NCBI GenBank assembly: GCA_951406725.2
Contig: OX597832.1
Span: 19,158,001 to 19,222,000 of the forward strand
Length of the DNA stretch: 64,000 nucleotides
Direction: 5' to 3'
Source: Octopus vulgaris
Taxonomy: Eukaryota
Shown: positions 57,143 to 64,000 of the stretch, one piece after another
Layout: every line of letters starts with the position of its first letter
Position numbering within the stretch: the stretch's first letter is position 1
Notes under the pieces: generated by a model
What the model was told of the DNA's origin: nothing
Seen by the model: only the letters and a program-made list of their open reading frames with translations
Database searches by the model: none
Translations under genes and position numbers: made by a program

Positions 57143-58990
57143 GGGTTCGTGTATCATATTGATATAACAATTAGCATTTTGCAGCAACTATTTTGCAAGG
57201 TTCGTGTCTAGTAAACTCTGGATTTAACAATTTTCTGTGTACCTTAGACCACCACAGTCAACTGACATTGTATAAATTTGCACTAAGGCAGGATGTGAAA
57301 CTCGAAGGTAATATAATTTCAATATCCGCAAATTGCTAGGATAGCAACAGACCGTTGCATTCACGTGTTTTATAGAAACAGAGGTCTACTGAAGACACCA
57401 GTCCTATTTTTCATATACTGACGCTTCGCTGTTCGAACGATTATTCGTCAGTGCCTTCCCTCTAGAGATACCCACTGGAAGAAAGTGGGTAACTTCTAAG
57501 GCGAAGGAAAAGTTTGACAAACCTAACATATTGGGATATAGGCGATATGACAGGCTCCACACAGACAAATAGGTTATGGCTTGGAATCAGTAAGTGTGAA
57601 ACATATAATGTCATAAAGGAGAATAGAAGGATGCAGCTGAGATAGCTGAGATATGAAGTTGGCTAACAGGAAATGTGTTTTGCTTGGGAGAAGTCTTGTA
57701 GTTGGACGAACGATAGGATAGAAAGAATTTAGCTGATGGGAGCCAGCCAGAATGAATTATCTGATTTGCTTTGTATACGCCAGGATTGTTAGTATTGCAA
57801 ACCTAGAGCATTGGAGAATAGAGTGGTATGTGCAAATGTGGGAACGTCGGAAAGATTAGACACATACACTCGAATTGCCTAGTAAGTCTAGAATATAGAA
57901 CAAAGTGCTATGTGCAAATGTAGGAACGTCGGAACGATGAGATACTAGTAAGTCTAGAACAAAGATACAAATGTTAGCAAAACTAAATACTCAGAATATT
58001 GTCTGATGCAGTGTCGGAGAGGGTGAAGCGAATTAACAACAGCGAAGCACTACCAGTATTGCAGCACGGGAAGATAAATTTTACAGGAAAGAAGAACGTT
58101 GTTAGACAGCCATTGTAAATAAGATAACATTATCCAATATGGGAGAGAACTTAAGCGATCTCTTTTGATCTTGATGGTAAAGATAACTTTCTACCTTTTG
58201 TCACCAAACGACTCGACCTTGTCATGTACTGCAAGGAAAGGAAAATGGTAAGGATAGTAAAACTTATACTTTCTGGGGAAGCGAACAGCGAAGATGCTTT
58301 CCTCGGAGAAGACAGAAAGTAAAATAGGTTGGTTGAACTCAGTGAAAATACTAATAGGAGTTAATAAACCGTCCTGAGAGATAAATATTAGAGGATATGT
58401 TGGAATCAGATTTCATGAGATGCTCAGGAGCCGTGGTCTATTAGCAAATAAACAAAAATGAATATGTTGCAAGCCATTACATTTGGCTCACGGGAGAGAA
58501 CGGTTGGTGAAGCAAGACCGAGCATTGAAGCTCATAGCTTCATCTGACCAGGTTTCGCAAACTCTAAACTCAATGAAGCTGGTACTGCTGTGCAGGAATT
58601 TGCATCAATGTTGGCATTGGTGAGTGACTTCAGGCAGCTCTGATATCGCAGTGTAAGGTACCAAAACACGTACAGTGCTACCTCACCACCTGATAAGATA
58701 TAGAATTCTGCATTCACAAAAGAAGTACGTACAGCAGCGCTCAAAGATTAAGGTGTTTACTCTAAATGTCGAACTGAAAACTCAATTTTTCATCCGCATA
58801 ATATATATTACAGTATCGATGAAGAATTCTAAGATATCTCCTTCTTATTGTTGCAGATGTTTACCGTCAATTAAATCCTGTTTGAACAAAAATGAATAAA
58901 ATATCTTTCATTCACAAACAATATATCCATATCTCGGTGACCATATATATGTGTATATATATATATATATATATAATGGTTGTATACTGT

Positions 58991-59060
<70 letters not shown>

Positions 59061-59522
59061 GCTACATTAGCTCTTCTTTCTTCAAGATAGTAAGTTGTAG
59101 TTAAAGGACCCTTCATCTGCTATTCGAAACAAGTCGAGGAAGCATTTACAGACACCCTCGGTGATTAGTAGTTATTCTTGAGACCTTAGGATTGGTATTA
59201 TGTTTACCGAATCTACTAACATTTACAATAAATTAATATATATTTTATATAGTGACAAGTCCATAGATTTATTTATATTATTCAAGAAATTTAAGTATTT
59301 TTTAATGTCACGGCTAAAGTGAAAACGCTCTTGTGATACACGTGTAGTAATTTGTCTGCAACTGCAAACTGAAATTACTTCAGCTTGACCTACAATTTTT
59401 GCCATTTAAAAAAAAATTCATCACCAGTTTAGTGAAAGACATAAACACATGTTCAATTAATCTGCGTTCATGTAAACATGCATACATCCATGTATGTATG
59501 TATAAATACATTTACAAACATT

Positions 59523-59565
<43 letters not shown>

Positions 59566-59575
59566 GCGTGTATCT

Positions 59576-60140
59576 GGAGGCATGTGACAGTGGTTAGGAT
59601 GTTACACTCCCGATCGTAAGATTGCAGTTTCGATTCCTAGACTGAACGATGCGTTGTGTTGTTTAGCAAACGCGTAATTTCACGTGGATGTCAAAATTTA
59701 ATATTCATGAGAGAGACCAGCATGCCGTCTACTTGGGAGGAAAACATACGTCACGGACTCGGCGAAATCAACCTTATAAAATTATGACTTATGTAGGCCT
59801 TTTGATCCTTGTTTGAACTTGGCACTTCATCGGTTACAACGACAAGGATTCGAGTTGATCCGATCAACGGAAAAATCTGCTCGTGAAATTTATATACAAG
59901 TGGCTGAGCATTCTACAATCATATGTATCCATAACATAGGTCCCAGGAAGATTCAGCGTGACATAGAATGTGGTGAGGCTAGCTTTGTAAATCACAGACA
60001 CTACTCATATTTTCCAGGTGAGTGGGCTAGAGCAATTTATAATAAAGTATCTTGCTCAAAGACACAATGCGTCGCAGGGAATTGAACTCACGGCCTTACG
60101 ATCTTGAGCCGAGTACCGTACCCACCATGTCACGCGCCTT
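59576..60140. mobile_element. Two tRNA-headed SINE pieces (family E) facing each other: 59576-59690 plus, 59800-60140 minus
   Basis: Plus head ggaggcatgtgacagtggttagg...gtttcgattcc...gcgttgtg; minus head gcgcgtgacatggtggg...gagttcaattccc...gcattgtgtctttgagcaaga. Confidence 0.6.
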
Positions 60141-60724
60141 TGAGTTGTGTGTGTGTGTGTGTGACACTTGAAACCATTCATTATAACTAAGAGGGACAAT
60201 AAATTTTATTATAGATTGTGGCTTTCGAAATAATAAAATTCAGTTCTTTGTTGATTATGGTCTTCAATTCTAATATACATACATATATATTCCATTGTAA
60301 AATTTTGCTGGTGTTGTTATTGATTTTGTTTAAACAAGTGATGTCCCTCATAAAACAGGAATGGAATGGTGAGGCAACAGAAATTGGCACTAAATTTTAT
60401 TCGAATCACTTTCTATTGCCTTCAACTAAATTTGAGTTATATAAAACTATATAAAAGCGGAGCACGACTCGGACGCATTTCATAACTAGCCTCTTTAGCC
60501 AGAGTTGGCCTGCGGTTAAATACCAACATCATCATCATCATCAACAACAACAAGAGCCAGAAATACAAGAAGAATATATTTTGACGAGCATGCGGCTCTC
60601 AATTACGTAAATATCTGAAATAATATTAAGCGGATTTATTCGGGAAACGAACCCGTATATCTTACATTTACTTCCACTAGGATCTCACATAGAGTTCCAA
60701 TCTGCGTGCTGCTACCTCATATCT

Positions 60725-60947
60725 TTCATATTCTACGTGTTTCAGTTATTAAACTGCGGCCATGCTGGGGCATAACCTTCAAGAATCTATAGTTGAATGA
60801 AACGATCCCAGTACTTCTTCGGTTTTAAAGCCTGGTATTTATTATGTCGGTCTCTTTTGCCGAAATGATAAGTTACTAGGACGTAGGTACATCAACACCG
60901 GTTGTCAAACAGTGGTGTGGACAAACAGAGACACAAACACACACACA

Positions 60948-60984
<37 letters not shown>

Positions 60985-61152
60985 CACACGACGGTCTTCT
61001 TTCAGCTTCCGCCCACGAATTCCACTTACAGGACTTTGGTCAGTCCGAGGCGATAGCAGAAGACGCTTGCCCAAGGTGCAGCGCAGGAAGACTGAACCCG
61101 GAACCATGTGGTAACGAAGCAATCTTCTTATCACACAGCCACGCACACGCCT
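60725..61152 (-). mobile_element. SINE family B, diverged full-length copy
   Basis: Reverse complement aligns with family B head, core and tail. Confidence 0.82.
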
Positions 61153-61203
<51 letters not shown>

Positions 61204-62853
61204 TGTATGTATGTATGTATGTATGTATGTATATATTATCTGTAATAAAACTGCCACAAAAACAACTAAAATATTTGTACGATTGTTTCTAAGCAACTCA
61301 GTGGAAAATTGCTCAAACAGAATAATTCAAATGTTTGACTTTGTCTCGCATCGGCCTTTTGTTCGCAACCAATGGCTTACTATCGCTAGTTTGTATTCAG
61401 GATGCAGAATGAATTGTAGTCGCTATTTTTGAACAATCAATGCAGATTTTTTCTCTCTTTTGTTATTTTTCATAAAAGATAATCACAAGTATGTTTAATT
61501 ACATAAATATTTCATACATCTAAAATGACCTTTCCCTATTAGGCGACACTGGGACAAAAATTCAAACAAAACAAATTATGATATTTGTAAAAGACATAAA
61601 AAAAAAATAATAATAATAATAAATTTATGAAAATGAATAAAATAAAATGAAATGAAATAAACGCCGTGTATAATCATCTTAGGAGTTTTTTTGGTTTTTG
61701 TGATATATTAAGATTTATTAAACAAGAGATGAGTTGCATCTCACCATATTCACAGGGTTTGTGTTTAATAACTTAAAGGTTCATATTTCACGTAGCACCT
61801 CGAACATGGCAGGGAAAAGACTTTGGTAAACACAGTTCATGATAAAAGATTGTAAATAATTGTTTCTAATCTCTTATTTGATATGTAGATACCGACGGTA
61901 TCAGGGTGTGTGTAAGTCTTGAAAAAATTACAAAAATCGATTCCAGTTGAGAATGCGATCGATAAAGCCGTGGGAACGTGCATTTGTACGCGTAATTACA
62001 CCAGCTGTTGCCAACGATACTACGCGTAAGCGAGAAAAATACACGAGCAGGTTGCGCAAAAAATCATGCTTTTCCATCTAGATTTACCTCCAGCTAACCC
62101 ATTTGCGTGCATCGTTTTTGTCCTGCTTTTCTTCCGTCAACCTGTACATAACTGCACCTTCCATTTTTTGTTGTTTTTGTACTGCTTAAAGGCACGTTTC
62201 TTTCCTGCCAAGCTTACTGTTTAACCCATGTTTGTGTTCTCCCAGTCAACAGCCTTATACTGGTACTTTAAACTCTTCGGTTGCATATTTGTGTGAATAA
62301 GATCGTTTTCCTTTGGAATAGAAAAAAGTCTATCTTCCTTTCTTGTTTTGTTGGTGTCCCAAATTTAGGTAAAATCAGTGTTTCTCAAAGGGGAGGCCTA
62401 TGGGACGGTCAGACAAGTTGTTTTGAGAAAATTTGGTTTAAAGGTTTGACGACTCAGCACCTTGCATTGGACGGGGGGCGTTTTGCTCGTATAGATTAAA
62501 AGACGGAAATTTCGGGAGTGAGATCCAGTCGATAACATCTTGTTATTTATTTGATTGGCCCACTGAGGAATGAAACATAATGTAGTTCCTATTTGAGAGA
62601 GGTAGCAAAGAAGGTGGATGTTTTCATCTAAAATAATAGAGATATAGTGTATAAGTGGGGACAGTACATTTATTTGTTGAGTAAGAATTGTGTAAATAAA
62701 TTAGGTACGTTTCACAGCTTATATAGCTGAATTGAAACCCTTGCTCTGACATATCTGAAATAAGTAATACAAGAACCATATTCATGTCAAAAAATATACA
62801 TATGAATTTTAAGAGAGTCATTCAGTGATGAAGCTCTGAACATGTAAATTCTT

Positions 62854-62967
62854 CAGTTCTATATTTAAGAGATGATGAATTATGTACATTATTTACATTC
62901 GACGGATATTTGTCCTCATCTTGTTTGCTGTTAACACAACGTTTCGGCTGATATACCTTCCAGCCTT
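62854..62967 (-). mobile_element. PLE-like terminal fragment with partial hammerhead, copy 2
   Basis: Highly similar to 30558-30680; minus strand AGGCUG-GAAGGUAUAU-CAGCC-GAAAC-GUU-GUGUU. Confidence 0.55.
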
Positions 62968-63345
62968 TTTTCTTGTAAATAATGTAAATTCTTGTTCGAT
63001 ATAGTTTATACCGACAGGACACGGTTTATGATCCTGTAAAAAGCAAATATAGGGCCTACTTTGATTAATGCTGCTTATGCGTCTGTACATCACGTGTTGG
63101 CGTAGGCGTGACTTTTTTTATGAAGACTAGCAGTCTCCCTTCTCTGCATATCGGATGTTTATCCAAGAGAAAGACCAATACTGCAGGGTACCACAGTTGT
63201 CACAAATGTTACTATCAGAAAGCTAAAAAGTCGAAACGGCTTCACCTCCATCAGTCACGCCATTCTACCGCTCTGGATTCGTTCCTTCTAATGAAAATTG
63301 AAAGAGTGTAAAACAAAGATGAAATCAAGAGTTGTAACAAATACG

Positions 63346-63578
63346 TATTTCTTTACTACCCATAAATGGGTAAACACAGAGAGGACAAACAAGGACAGAC
63401 AAGCGGATTAAGTCGATTATATCGACCCCAGTGCGTAACTGGTACTTATTTTATCGACCCCGAAAGGATGAAAGGCAAAGTCGACCTGGTCGGAATTTGA
63501 ACTCAGAACATTAGCGGCAGACGAAATACCGCTAAGCATTTCGTCCGGCGTGTTAACGATTCTGCCAGCTCGCCGCCT
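63346..63578 (-). mobile_element. SINE family A, full length
   Basis: Complete tail-to-head match to 51750-51980. Confidence 0.9.
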
Positions 63579-64000
63579 TGTTGTAAGAAATACCACAATG
63601 AGATTTATGTTATAACCTGAAGACTGCCAAGTCACCGCCAAATATGACCAATGATATGTAACAGAAACGGACCTCATTAAGCGGCTGACTCCGATTTCTA
63701 GGCTTTACAGCTACATATGCTGCAATACTCCTGGTGATATTCTCAATTACAGACCACTTAAGCTCCTGCAGATGCATCAGATTTATAGTGCTGATTGTGT
63801 TGGATAAGTTATCTGACTCTGTAATCTCAAATTCCGTCAAGGTTTACTTTACCTCTCCAACTTTGATGTTGATTACAATATACCAATGGAAATCTAGCAG
63901 AACTGTTAGAATAGGTGAGAATTCTTGCAATATCTACTGCATCTCTTTGTGTTCTGACACCAAAACCAATGCCGAAACTGGTGCCAAGTTGTATCTGTAC

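Noticed and set aside
58857-58885. Strong acceptor followed by xVYRQLNPV* and a nearby AATAAA
   Set aside because: No linked upstream exon identified; such signals arise by chance in AT-rich DNA.

Overview
Very AT-rich, microsatellite-saturated eukaryotic (animal) DNA, most likely intronic or intergenic. The SINE, mariner and simple-repeat complement resembles an octopus (coleoid cephalopod) genome; this is inferred from repeat style and was not verified by a search. Almost every ORF in the supplied track is a translation of (TA)n, (CA)n, (GATA)n or trinucleotide tracts and is not a gene. What can be supported: about 30 copies or fragments of at least five tRNA-derived SINE families; five decayed Tc1/mariner transposon pieces; two R4/Dong-type and one apparently young Tx1/L1-type LINE 3' ends; several microsatellite-embedded elements with fold-back structure and hammerhead-ribozyme-like cores, suggesting Penelope-like elements (PLE); and one plausible small coding exon (24381-24439) with a possible terminal exon at 26256. 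The most interesting signals are the minimal hammerhead motifs, a 129/130-bp near-perfect hairpin at 41.6 kb, a LINE embedded in (TATC)n, and SINE tandem arrays joined by a recurrent GAAATA-NN-TATTTC junction. I found no prokaryotic-type system, CRISPR array, rRNA or genuine tRNA gene. Repeat boundaries were estimated by eye.
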